Part shown: positions 15,648-40,071 of the stretch, one piece after another | Position numbering within the stretch: position 1 is the stretch's first letter | Layout of the letters: every line of letters starts with the position of its first letter | NCBI GenBank assembly: GCA_012295275.1 | Contig: CM022670.1 | Location: forward strand, 17,856,001-17,920,000 | DNA from: Chrysomallon squamiferum | Taxonomy: Eukaryota; Animalia; Mollusca | Length of the DNA: 64,000 nt | Direction: 5' to 3' | Program-made: the position numbers and the translations under genes | The notes under the pieces: generated by a model | The model's input: the letters and a program-made list of their open reading frames with translations, nothing else | The model's database searches: none | What the model was told of the DNA's origin: nothing

Positions 15648-15905
15648 CCATGATGTCTGCAATAGCTAGATTTATAAGAAAATAGTTGGCTGAATGACTC
15701 CGCATCCGTTTGTTCAGAAGTATCACCATGAGGACGAAGATGTTGCCGACGATGGCAAGCAACATGACGGGTACATAGACGCATATAAGTATGATGGTCG
15801 ATGGGCTATGGTCTGACAAAAAGCTTTGTCCATGTTCAGGTAGATGTCGTCGTAGCCGAAGCCAAATGTGTTCGAAAAGTTGTTGGTCCCCGTTGACGTA
15901 TTCAT
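15648..15905 (-). CDS. Class A (rhodopsin-like) GPCR, probably a neuropeptide receptor; first coding exon only (N-terminus, TM1, ICL1, start of TM2), frameshifted in this sequence
   Basis: ATG at 15905 gives MNTSTGTNNFSNTFGFGYDDIYLNMDKAF (N-glycosylation sequons NTS, NFS; in-frame TGA upstream). A second frame gives LSDHSPSTIILICVYVPVMLLAIVGNIFVLMVILLNKRMRSHSANYFLINLAIADIM, with the TM1 GN and TM2 NLAxAD motifs. Donor G|GTAAGT at 15647. The frames join if the T5 run at 15818-15822 is T6. No further exon recognised in 1-15647. Confidence 0.85.
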
Positions 15906-15924
15906 TGTGAAAGATATTAAAAAG

Positions 15925-16210
15925 AATCCAGTATTAAAGACAGAACTCCAAAATCAATCCAGGATTAAATTTTGAAACTGGGAATAATTCCATTATTAAA
16001 ATTTTGAATTAGGAATGAAATTACTTTCAATGTTTGAATTTCATAATGAATCTGTAATTGGGCTTTCAATAAACTCATTGTTTGAAACTCACAACGAATC
16101 ACGAGTTAAAGTTTATCCCAGTGAACAATTCTAGATTTCTAAATAAGTCCAGTATTATATTTTGAATTTTAGAATGCACAGGGTATTAAAATTCTGTTCT
16201 TACGACGATC
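15925..16210. repeat. Degenerate 31-bp minisatellite immediately 5' of the GPCR start codon
   Basis: Units resembling AATCCAGTATTAAATTTTGAATTNNGAATG start at 15925, 15956, 15987, 16018, 16049 and again at 16146, 16177. Confidence 0.65.
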
Positions 16211-17565
16211 ACGAAGTGTATCTGGAACACAAATCCCAAATCAAGTTTAATCACAAAGAAACGTTTGATAACAAATACGATATATCAACTTAGACACAGA
16301 GTTAATGTTGAACTCAAAACAAAAATGTTTTTAAGTTTGATCCTTAGATGCTGTTCTTGAAATGCAGTTCCAGTTTTATGCTAAATTAGATTCCTTCAGA
16401 ATTATAACTCTCCTTGTGTGTTGTTCTGAATAATAAACACTCTTTATGATTCGCAGCGTAAACAGCAAAGTAACCACACACTTAAAAAACTGTCTGAAGA
16501 TAATTGCTACTAATAAAGTTGGTGATAAAAATAACTGAAAATATACTTGTTTGCGCAGTCATTATTAGTTAAAAAGAAATCATTAAAATTCAAACGATGA
16601 CGAAATTACGTTATCCTTTTGGCAGTCACAGATGTGAGCCGTGTGATATGTTATAAACACGTATATGAAGTTGATAACTGTAAACCGTTCATATACTCGC
16701 TAGAATTCCCGCGTAAATCGATAAGGCAGACGACACGAAAAATACGGCGTTCTGGACGACAGCCAATCGCCGCCGAAGAAATTTTCCAAAACGGAATAAT
16801 ACGAACAAGAATTTATTTTTTATTTTTTTAATATTTTTTATTATGATTATAACTATTATTATTGTTATTATTAGATGTTTAGTCCGTGGCGTTACTTATA
16901 CTATCTTTTAAACGCACTTTTATGATTTAATATAGCAGCGCAGTTCATGAAAGGATAATTAAACGTTGTTTTGTGAGGGTTTTTTTTTCCACCCTTCGTC
17001 CTGCGCTGCGGTTAAACGAATTAATACAAACCATCGGAACATATTTTTGCGTTTATGTTTTTGTTCTAAAACAACATAATATACTGGATAAATTACACAT
17101 GAAAAAAAAAAAAAAAAAAAAGTACTTCTGTGCCATAAACACACGATAAAGCTGATAAGTTAGAAAAGCGATCGTTGTATCGATTAAATCCTTAACTTTA
17201 TCCGCTATCAGCTTTGAACACGGCACGAAACACAACGAGTTCGTGTCTGTCAAAGAGGTTCCGTGTTGAGGGAAGCCGATAAACCTCTGTAGCGTTCCAG
17301 CAGCGAGTTACAAAAACAGATCTCTCTTTCCATTAGGAATAGCAAACACCAAAAACCTCGACCAAGAGAAAAACGAGACGTCCTAATAAGCTAAATGCGT
17401 CTAAAAGAAGAAATTGAATTCTGTCGTTATGTTACTATTACCACTGGCGATAATAATACACTGCTACAAGCAGTACTAACCACAACGTTTATTACTGCTA
17501 CTATTACTTTTACTATTACTACTACTGATACTATTAGTAGTCTAATATACTAATACAATTACTAC

Positions 17566-17617
<52 letters not shown>

Positions 17618-17878
17618 GCTGTTGTTTATATTTTAAAAATTTCAACATTTTTCCGTTTAATGCATTGTAATGAAGTGAAACAAATTTTTCATTGCTTTTG
17701 TTTCGAGAATTAAACTTCATCAACTTTTTTGGTTCTTTTTGTTTGTTATATGAGGGTTTTCTGGTTGTGTCACTTTTTTTCACTTTTTTTTATTTATTTT
17801 CTTATTTTTTTTGAATTTGTAACAAAAATGTCCAGATATTCTTTATTTTTGTTTTTGTTAATCGTTGATAAACTTCAT

Positions 17879-17880
<2 letters not shown>

Positions 17881-17939
<59 letters not shown>
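17881..17939. repeat. (CT)n microsatellite
   Basis: Perfect dinucleotide run. Confidence 0.97.
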
Positions 17940-17944
<5 letters not shown>

Positions 17945-19039
17945 CATCTATACACAAACACACGCGCGCGCACACGTAATGTTATAATACATACATATAC
18001 TTACATACAGACAAACAGATATATATATATATAGACATGAAATAACCTTATTAGTTTTCCGTATAAAGAGACGATACACAGTTTATTTCATAATGATTTT
18101 TATTATTCTGTAGAAATGGTCAGAATATAATAGCTGTCTAGGAGAACACTTATGTGAAAGATTCCTTGCAGCTAAACAGTGAGACATAGTCTGGCCTGGA
18201 TACAGCGGGTTTCATCTCTAACATTAAAATTACACATCATTATCATTAAAACAGAGAGGCGTTGAAATGTCAGTTATTTGATCTAAATACTAAGTCCACT
18301 ACCTTCCAAAGAAACAGCAGTATTCCTGCCGAAATGTTTGTCATTTATTTTCTTTAAGTCATTCTATCATCAGCATATAATATCAAGAAGAAGAAGAAGA
18401 AGAAAAAAAATCACAATGATGATGACGGGAGTGTCAACGATTGTGATAACCATTTCAAAATGAAAATGCGATAACTGTACCGCATTTATAAAAAAATAAA
18501 AAATAAAAATAAACTATTTCCACTAATGATGATACGCTTTTAATGATATACAAGCCCGACATATGTCATATGCATTATAATAATAACAACAATTGTTCTT
18601 ACTATTATACGCGCTGTTAAGCTAAAAGTTTTTAACTCAGAGACTGTCCTTTGTTTTGCAGTCTGCAGCGCAAACGTGCGGACGTCACTTTGTGTGTCGC
18701 TAAGCTATCGCTCGGGTTAAAGCTATCAGCTGGAAACGCCTGACAGGATGCCGAGTCGCTCTGGGATTATGATCTCATTGACAATGGTCAGCGGCGGAAA
18801 TGGTATATACAGACTGGGTTTAAAAAACTAATCCGAAAACAAAGAGAAACATTTGATGGCGAGAGATAATTAGCTTTAACGTTTTCGATAATAATCTTGT
18901 TGGGAAAAAGAAATAATGCGCGCGTGTATTATTCACAGTCTATGTATGTATGGCTTTTCATACATGCCTACAAACACATTTACACCCACCCACCCACCCA
19001 CATATACACCCACCCACCCACACACACACACACACACAT

Positions 19040-19089
<50 letters not shown>

Positions 19090-19252
19090 ACTTACATACA
19101 TACATACATACACAAACATATATATATATACATACATACATACAAATGCACACAAACGCACATAAATACATACATACATACAAAGATACATACATGTATA
19201 CGAACGTACATACACAGACGTTAAAACTGATCTGTGATACACACATAAATAT

Positions 19253-19479
19253 GTGAACACGCGCGCACTGAAACATCCATCCATCCATCTACACAAACAT
19301 TTCTGTGTTTACGTGCACTATTGAACAGAAAGAAGTTTTAAAATGACTCTTCTAAATATTCAAAATGGCTGTGTAGTATTCTGCATAAGATATTATTTTG
19401 CTTTCTGCCTCAGTAACCTTAAGTATAACATGTACGCTTCACTTTATCTTTTGATGTGAACGTAATGCTCATTTATGAA
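19253..19479 (+). repeat. Dispersed direct repeat, copy 2 (copy 1 at 5620-5846)
   Basis: Same sequence and orientation as 5620-5846; both are preceded by CA/CATA microsatellite. Confidence 0.95.
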
Positions 19480-20252
19480 GAAGAAAAAAAATAATAATAA
19501 CAATAAAAATAAAACAAAATAAATTCCCTTTCATATGGTGATTAGGTCTCCAGGATGCTCAGCCCGGTAGTTTCATTATCAATTAATGTTTCCTCCATAA
19601 CCAGATTATAAGAGTAAAAATTAACGTTTTAATGAACCATAAACCTGCTGATTCAAATTAGGCAATTATCCGCATCTAAAACGCTTTAGATCATTAACTT
19701 TGATGAAGAAACTCAATAATTTCAGTTCGAAAATCACAGAGTTGCTTTATGCAAGGAGAAATCAAACACTACAGCGCAGAATCAATCTTTTATTTCTTAT
19801 TTGAGAAATAATATTTCAACGCTGGCCGACTGAAAGCAGAGAAAGTTTGTCTTTGGAGTTGAATTTTGATTAACAATTTTTTATCTTTAATACTGACAAT
19901 CGAATCTTTCTCTATCATGGTTTTTCAGTGAAGATTTTAAAGTCATTTTACAAACATCGGTACATATTAATCCATTTGGAACGGCGAGATAAAAAGAAAA
20001 TAATCTACATTTTTTTTTAATACATTTTTTTTTTTTCTTCTATAACTGTAAATTCTGAAAGCTTTTCAAAGATTGATGAACAAAGTTCGGTGCACTAGAA
20101 CGAACTTTGAAAAAGGATACTTAAATGTAAAGATATACTTAAAGCCTGAAAGTGTTATTTTTTATATATATTTTATTATTTTTATTTTTTTAAATTTTAA
20201 TTTCAATTTTTATTATTATTATTATTTTATTTTAATATATGTGTATATGTGT

Positions 20253-20299
<47 letters not shown>

Positions 20300-20581
20300 A
20301 TATATATATCTTAGTATTTTACTTATTTTACTTATTTTTATTATTAATAATATTTTATTTTTTATATCATTTGTCTCTGGTTGGTTAATTTTGTTTGTCT
20401 TCTATTTGTGTTGGGTTTTTCATTCTTTTTCTAATTTCCGATTATTCTATTATCTTTCTTCTTGTTCTTTTCTTTATTTTTTTCATTTATTTTTCCATTC
20501 GAATTTTTAAGTTGAAATTATGAAAAGTTGCATTAATCGTGATATTTCAACAACAGTAACTACAAATAAATAATAATAATG

Positions 20582-20640
<59 letters not shown>

Positions 20641-21706
20641 CAATAAAAAGAACAACCTGTGGAAATAATTAGATCAACAATAACAACAACTGCAATAATA
20701 TGAAAAAAATAATATAATAAACATAAATAAATAAATAATTAAACAAAATTCAATGTGACAAATACATCATTAAAAATATATGTAGTGCATTATTATTAAC
20801 AAAAACGCCAGATAATAATCTGACAAATGGCTTTTTGTCATTTTTTTGATGTATATTCATTTATTCCAAAAGCCGATATAAAACATGTACCCAATAACAA
20901 ATGTTCTATAGAAAAAATATCTCCACGAATAAAAAGATTTTAAAAGAACAAAAGCCTATCATTTTATCAGGAAGGAAAGGGGCTTTTTTGTATTTGATTT
21001 TTCCAAATGTAATTGCTTCCTGCCTAGGTTATTTACCTCTTTTCTTCTGACTGCTTTTTCATTTTTCTTTTGATGTCTTAATTATAACGCATTCTGTGCC
21101 TTTGTAACATTATCATTCTTTTTATTTTTTATTTTTTTTTTTTTTTTTTACGCGATTTTAATCATGGATATCTCCACAGCTTCTGTGTGAATGAACGAAA
21201 CAATATTGTTTAACAACACCTGAACATAGAGCATTACTAATGCTTTTCTGTTGTTAAATAGATCAATTTTTGTACAATGACATCATGAAAGGAAAAACTG
21301 AATGCTGGTAGTTCATGGTCTGTTATTACTGATTAGTAAACAATGGTTAATTTGGCTGAACATTTCATTTGATGAAGCGTTTTAAACGCATAGGGTTCTG
21401 TATAAAATAGTACAATGAAGTCACTGGCTAGGCTTGACCGAATGGTCTATCGCGCCCGGTGCCAGCACTGTGACGACCGAGATACAGCCCCGCTTACGGA
21501 CTTCTGCATACGTGAATAAAATGATTAGTTGTTAATAAGTTGTTATCGTATATTTAAAAACTGGTAATATGTGATGAAAACTGCTGCTAAGAGACGGGTA
21601 ATCGTTTAAATCACGGAACGCTTTATTAGTATTTAAATTACCAGCAAAAAAAAAATTTAATGCCACATACAACATATATTTTTGTAACTACAGTTATGTG
21701 ACCTTA

Positions 21707-21778
21707 TGTATAATACAGCTCACAGCATAAAACTGAGTGTGTGTGTGATCAGTTTTCTGCAATGAGCTGTATTATACA
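21707..21778. repeat. 72-bp inverted repeat (hairpin)
   Basis: TGTATAATACAGCTCA pairs perfectly with TGAGCTGTATTATACA (16 bp); inner GCA/TGC and AAAACTGA/TCAGTTTT extend the stem around a (GT)n loop. Confidence 0.85.
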
Positions 21779-22284
21779 GTATAGACTCACACACATGTAA
21801 AATAAAAAAATAAATAATAAATTAAAAAGATAACAAAACTAAAATGGCATAATAACTGGTTGTATTTGTAAAATTTACTATGGTTGTTTATTATTTTACT
21901 ATTATTGTTTTTAAAATGTTAAATTTTTATTTTTTTCTGAATCAGCATAAATGAGGTGAGAGATTTTTATAAACGAATCAAAAAACTAACCAATGTTTGA
22001 CTTTTTTCCCATAATATAAATATGATAAAAATAAAAGGAATTAATGGAAACTATAAAGATTAAATAAAATAAACCGTAATAAAAATTTGATGAATGACTG
22101 AATGACTGAACTAACTACACACACACACACAAAAAAAAATCAATCAATCAATAAATACAGTAAAATAAAACAAAACCAATTCAAAAATTATTAATTGATT
22201 TCAGACTAAGCAATAAAAAAAATGATTTCATAACTGTACAAAATTTGATGTATAAAAAGTCTGATAATTGTCTTCCTGAGATAT

Positions 22285-22287
<3 letters not shown>

Positions 22288-22355
<68 letters not shown>
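22288..22355. repeat. (GA)n microsatellite, read as (CU)n in the ERCC4 3' UTR about 30 nt after the stop
   Basis: Perfect dinucleotide run adjacent to the stop codon at 22385-22387. Confidence 0.95.
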
Positions 22356-22357
<2 letters not shown>

Positions 22358-22384
22358 TTATATTCACATAATTATAAATATTCA

Positions 22385-35335
<12,951 letters not shown>

Positions 35336-36439
35336 CTCCTTATTTTTATTTTTACTGTATATCAAATAAATATACTATGTTCATATTTAGACGTCTTGTG
35401 TAAAATCAAGTTATGAAATATTACATGGAGAAATACCTACCTGAAAACAGAAAATGTAATAATTTAGAAATGTCTACACTTATTACCAGAACCCATTATT
35501 TTTCAATTTATGTCCATAATATATAACACTGATAAATAATATATATTATAGAAATATATAGATATAGATAGATATAGAAATATAATGGCTTATCACTGTC
35601 AGAAATATTAATGTATCAACAAATATGAAACATAACTATGTTATCTTATAAATGTTTCAGATTAAATCATCAAATAAATAGAACCTGTGGAGTCCAATGC
35701 TATAAAGTGATAATCAGTTTAGTGAGTGGAGGAAAATGTTATTTATGACATTCAACAATACTCATAAACACATTCAGTAAGTCTATGTATATGACTATAT
35801 CACTGAATATGATATTGAAATAAAATATTACACTGTTAATGTTATACTTATATTATCACTATCATGTATGCTATATAATATAATTACACTGGAAATATTA
35901 AATAATTAATCATATTAAATCTAAAATTATAGTAATTAAACGACTGGCTTTGGCTAAAAAAAAAATAAAAAAAAAAAAAAAAAATCCGCTTTTACCCGAG
36001 ATTGATATGACTTTATGAGATAGTACGACTATTTATTAGTCAAATTAGTGCAACGTACACTTTGTCATCGAAAACATTGGCACTGCCTTTGTAAAATTGT
36101 GTGAACTAAACAGGCATGTTGATATACTAACATTTCCTATATATTATTGTAATGAATTAAAACAATCATCATCCAGCAAACCTTTTGGACGGCCTATGAC
36201 TATAGTCTGTAGTTAGCATTACTATTACTATTAGGTATTCCGACTATTCGCTACGCTGAAGTAAATATCGGATATATCGATAACAGGATAAATAACTGTA
36301 TATTTTTAATATTCTGTTAAAACGACCTTGACATTTAGAAATTTTCACATCGAACATTTATACTTAATATAGTATGACTGTTTTTATAATTTTTTAGACA
36401 ACTAAATAAACTAATAATATTATTTATTCCATAAGCTTA

Positions 36440-36800
36440 TCACTGACGTTTAAACCATGGGAGCAGCCATTTTACCAGATTTTCCAAGCGATAAAAATGT
36501 TACATGTTATATTAATAGCTAAATATCGTTATTAAGAATTACAAATATGTTTATGGCCTTTAAAGTGTAATTATCGATGTTGAAAATATTGTTCAGGTTT
36601 TAAGACATTATTATTATATTTTTGATTGTTATTATTGTTTTGTTGTTGTTATTGTTCAGTTCTTTATCATCTGTTCCACTGTTCTGGCTTAGCGGAAGCA
36701 TATCCCATAATGCATTATATCACCTAAACGTAGGAGAACGAAAACAACTGGAAGCGTGTCAAGTAAGACGTAGATTGATTGAACTTAAAGTGGTAAGAAG
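36440..36800. promoter_or_regulatory. Putative bidirectional promoter of ERCC4 and ELOF1
   Basis: Lies between the divergent genes. YY1-like GCAGCCATTTT (36463-36473), ETS-like GCGGAAG (36692-36698), ZNF143/Staf-like TCCCATAATGCA (36703-36714); candidate plus-strand first-exon donors GTAAGA at 36763 and 36793. TSS positions are inferred. Confidence 0.55.
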
Positions 36801-36960
36801 TATAGAAAACTCAGTTTCATATCCAAACAGATTGTAACAAAATTGTCCGTGTATATCAAAACAGTTTAAACGTCACTATATATTTCTGTTAACCAAATAA
36901 GTCAAACTTAAAATAAATATTGTGAAAACAAATAATATTATTACTAACATTAATTTAAAA

Positions 36961-37011
36961 CCCATCATTTAATCATTAATTTAATGATTAAATTAATGAT
37001 TATATGATGGA
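36961..37011. repeat. 51-bp near-perfect AT-rich palindrome
   Basis: CCCATCATTTAATCATTAATTTAAT-G-ATTAAATTAATGATTATATGATGGG: 25-bp arms with one mismatch. Confidence 0.9.
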
Positions 37012-38303
37012 TTTTTTAAATTCTTAAAATAGAATTCACACTTACAGATATAGTTATAATAGTATGTCAGTCAAGACATTTATCTTTATCAGATAGACAT
37101 TCATTATTTTGACGTTTATTATTTTATATAAAAGAGATATTGCTTCTTCAGTTCTTGTTAAATATTCACATGATAAAGTGTCGATCACGACTTTATTGAG
37201 ACTTTAGAGTTAGGTATTTAGTCTAACAGTGACAGTAGCGTTAGTCTTATATAATTTCATTAGTTTGATTAGTGACATTCAAAGAGTGAAGGTTATTGTA
37301 GAATTTATCATATTATTGTTTGCATACTATGATACTTAATATGTCAATTATCATTAAATTTTTGTATTGTCCATTCAATGACATAGTAGATAATCATAAA
37401 GGTACCACCACCAGCTGTCACATAACAATTTAACAATGCAGCATTGTGCAACAAATAAAATACTTCTCACATCTCTAAATCAAAATTCACTTCTATAAAC
37501 TTAAAAAATATTAAGTTGCCTTAAGCAATTAAATAGACTAGTATGAATAATACAAAATTCTGTATATAAATGATGTAAATTAATTTCAGATTCTAATTTT
37601 GATCTAGGTTAAGAGGTCCCAGACCATTAGTCTGGAAAATTGATAATGTACTTGTATTTGTAGTATTATTTTTGTTGAAGTGTATATTGAAAACTAAAAT
37701 GGCATTTTAACCCCACAATAAAACGTGTTGTTAGTAAATTGAATTTATTTATATGTTGTGGATATGTAGTTAAGGCAGTTATTCATAAGTTGCATATTAA
37801 AATGCATTTAACAATTGCCTGTGAAACAGTCTTACAAATTATAAGTTAAATATTACATAGAATATATCAGTAATTCATAACTCCAGTGTATAAATCAGAT
37901 ACCTAATGACATAATGTAAATCTGGTCATGTACAGAACTTAGTAAAAGAACTTGAGTTCTCTTATAATGAGAAAATTTAAAAGTGATACAAGGTGATTCT
38001 CAGTAAAAAATATATTAAGTTACAAAAATAATGTCATTGTTGATTTCTCAAGATAGACAGAGAGAGAGAGAGAGACAGGCTTGTATCTAAATCAAAATAT
38101 AGTTTTTAAAATGTTTAAAAATATCACTATATATATATATATATACACATGATTTGATATAGAATAAAAAATATGACTTGAACAGTGACAAAACAACTTC
38201 AGAATACAGAAGAACTTTTATAAAAACATTTAGTTGCAGGCTTAATACACAGTTTATTGTTGATTATTGATAATGTATTATGATGAATACAGTTATTCAG
38301 CAT

Positions 38304-38340
38304 TTAGAATATTTCCAAACAAATATGAACTGTATCCTTT
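38304..38340 (+). repeat. Duplicated copy of the 3' end of ELOF1 coding exon 2 plus its U12 donor
   Basis: 35/37 identical to 39613-39649 (TTAGAA[T/G]ATTTCCAAACAAATAT[G/A]AACT|GTATCCTTT). Confidence 0.9.
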
Positions 38341-38714
38341 GATCAAATTTATTAAAACAAAATAATAGTGCAAGAACATTTTTATATGTAAATATTGTTT
38401 TATATATTTAACATGCCAGTTTGGAATATAGCTTCAAAATACACTGAGATTCATGTCACCAGATGTTTTGCAAATTTTTAACAATAGTAAATGTAAAAAC
38501 TGTATATAAGCATTCATGCATAAAGAAAGGGGATAACATTAAATGATTAATAAATATCAATGTTGAATACATAGAGAATACACTTTATCTAAAAATATAA
38601 CAATACATATACATATATAATTAGATTAAATGGACAGATGGCGTTTTTTTTTTTGTTGTAAAATGTATAAAATTACTTTTGTTGCTTCCAGTCAGTAGCT
38701 GAAGAATCTTCACG

Positions 38715-40071
38715 ATGGGGCGACGAAAGAAAGTGAATAAACCTCCTCCTAAAAGAAAAGTTATTGAACCTCTAGATGTTCTCTTCAACTGTCCGTTTTG
38801 TAACCACGAAAAGTCCTGTGAAGTGAAGTTGTAAGTAAAAAATGTATAGACATTCAAGTTCAAAGCTGTTTTTTCAAGAATATTGTGTAAAGAAGCAGTG
38901 CATGAAAATGACCATTATTGTACTTTTATATTTGTTTATTTCAAACATGCTTCCAATTAATACTTTATCTAATGAGAGAAATGGAATTTAATCTTTCACA
39001 ATGTCAGTTGATATTGTAAAATATTGATCAGTAAATATTTCTCTATATTATTTTAAATTTAATTATTAAAATTTCAGATATCCAAAATGAACAGTTAATA
39101 AATTCAAAGATTAGTTTATATAACTTCAGAGTTACAGCAGTAGTCTCACCACAGGTGTTGGTTCTGCTCTTTAAGATTGGGTGAGACTCTAGTGTGAGGC
39201 AAGGATCTAGATTGTTTTGAACTGATGGATGCATGAAGTAAACAAATGTGAAAGTGCAGTAATGGTCATTTTAAGGTCTATTTCAGTCCAGTTTGGTATT
39301 TTTATGCATAACTCAAGATATATGTATCTAATTTTGTGTTTATATATTTAATTTTACCAGACATATATATATATATTTTTTTTTTTTTTGGTCATTGGTT
39401 TGAAATTAATATAAGAAAATAATTAAATATTTTAAAGTGTTACTTTTAGCTATTTAATAATAAACAATATTTAGTAATTGTATATTGCTAAATCGAATTC
39501 TATAATCATAAGGACATGAATTTGAATATCTAATTTTTTATTTAATTATTATATTCTTATCATTTTCAGAGATCGGCAGCGGAATACAGGGATAATTACT
39601 TGTAATGTGTGCTTAGAAGATTTCCAAACAAATATAAACTGTATCCTTTAAGAAATTACACTGTTGTTGTTATTGCAGCTGTATATCTGATTAATTTAAT
39701 ACAAAACAAAATTGTGTGAACTTGAGAAGCTGAATTTAAATATAGATTACCATATATAGGGTTTATTTAATCATGAATTAATATGCGTGTATTTATCTTC
39801 ATGTAACTGTATGATTGAAGAAAATTTTGAATACCTATGGTGTTTTTCTTTTTACGTACTTGAAATCTGCCTTGTATTAAAATTCACAAAATAGAAATAC
39901 ATTAAAAACAAAGTCTTTTCAAGGGTTTTTTTTATTATACAGAAAATGTTTGTTTTTAAAGAGACATTGTTTTTTTTAATTGTTTTTATCCTTGACTAAC
40001 TATAAGATCTTTCCGAAGCAGTAGACGTATATAGTGACTGGATTGATGCCTGCGAGGCTGCCAACCAATAG
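38715..40071 (+). CDS. ELOF1: Transcription elongation factor 1 homolog (Elf1/ELOF1), 83 aa, 3 coding exons
   Basis: Exons 38715-38830, 39570-39640, 40007-40071 (252 nt) give [83 protein letters not shown], with basic N-terminus, CPFC/CNVC zinc ribbon and the [10 protein letters not shown] signature. An acceptor (TTCCAG, 38691) implies an upstream non-coding exon. Confidence 0.97.
39641..40006 (+). other. U12-type (minor spliceosome) GT-AG intron in ELOF1
   Basis: Donor GTATCCTTT at 39641; branch site TCCTTGAC at 39989-39996 with the A 11 nt from the AG (40005-40006); no polypyrimidine tract between branch and AG; removal restores the ELOF1 frame. Confidence 0.93.

Noticed and set aside
17186-17198. 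Perfect U12 branch consensus TCCTTAAC
   Set aside because: No U12 donor or exon on the plus strand nearby; chance match.
21425-21500. tRNA-like sequence (A-box-like TGACCGAATGGTCTATCGCGC)
   Set aside because: No valid B box or cloverleaf; at most a decayed tRNA-derived SINE head.
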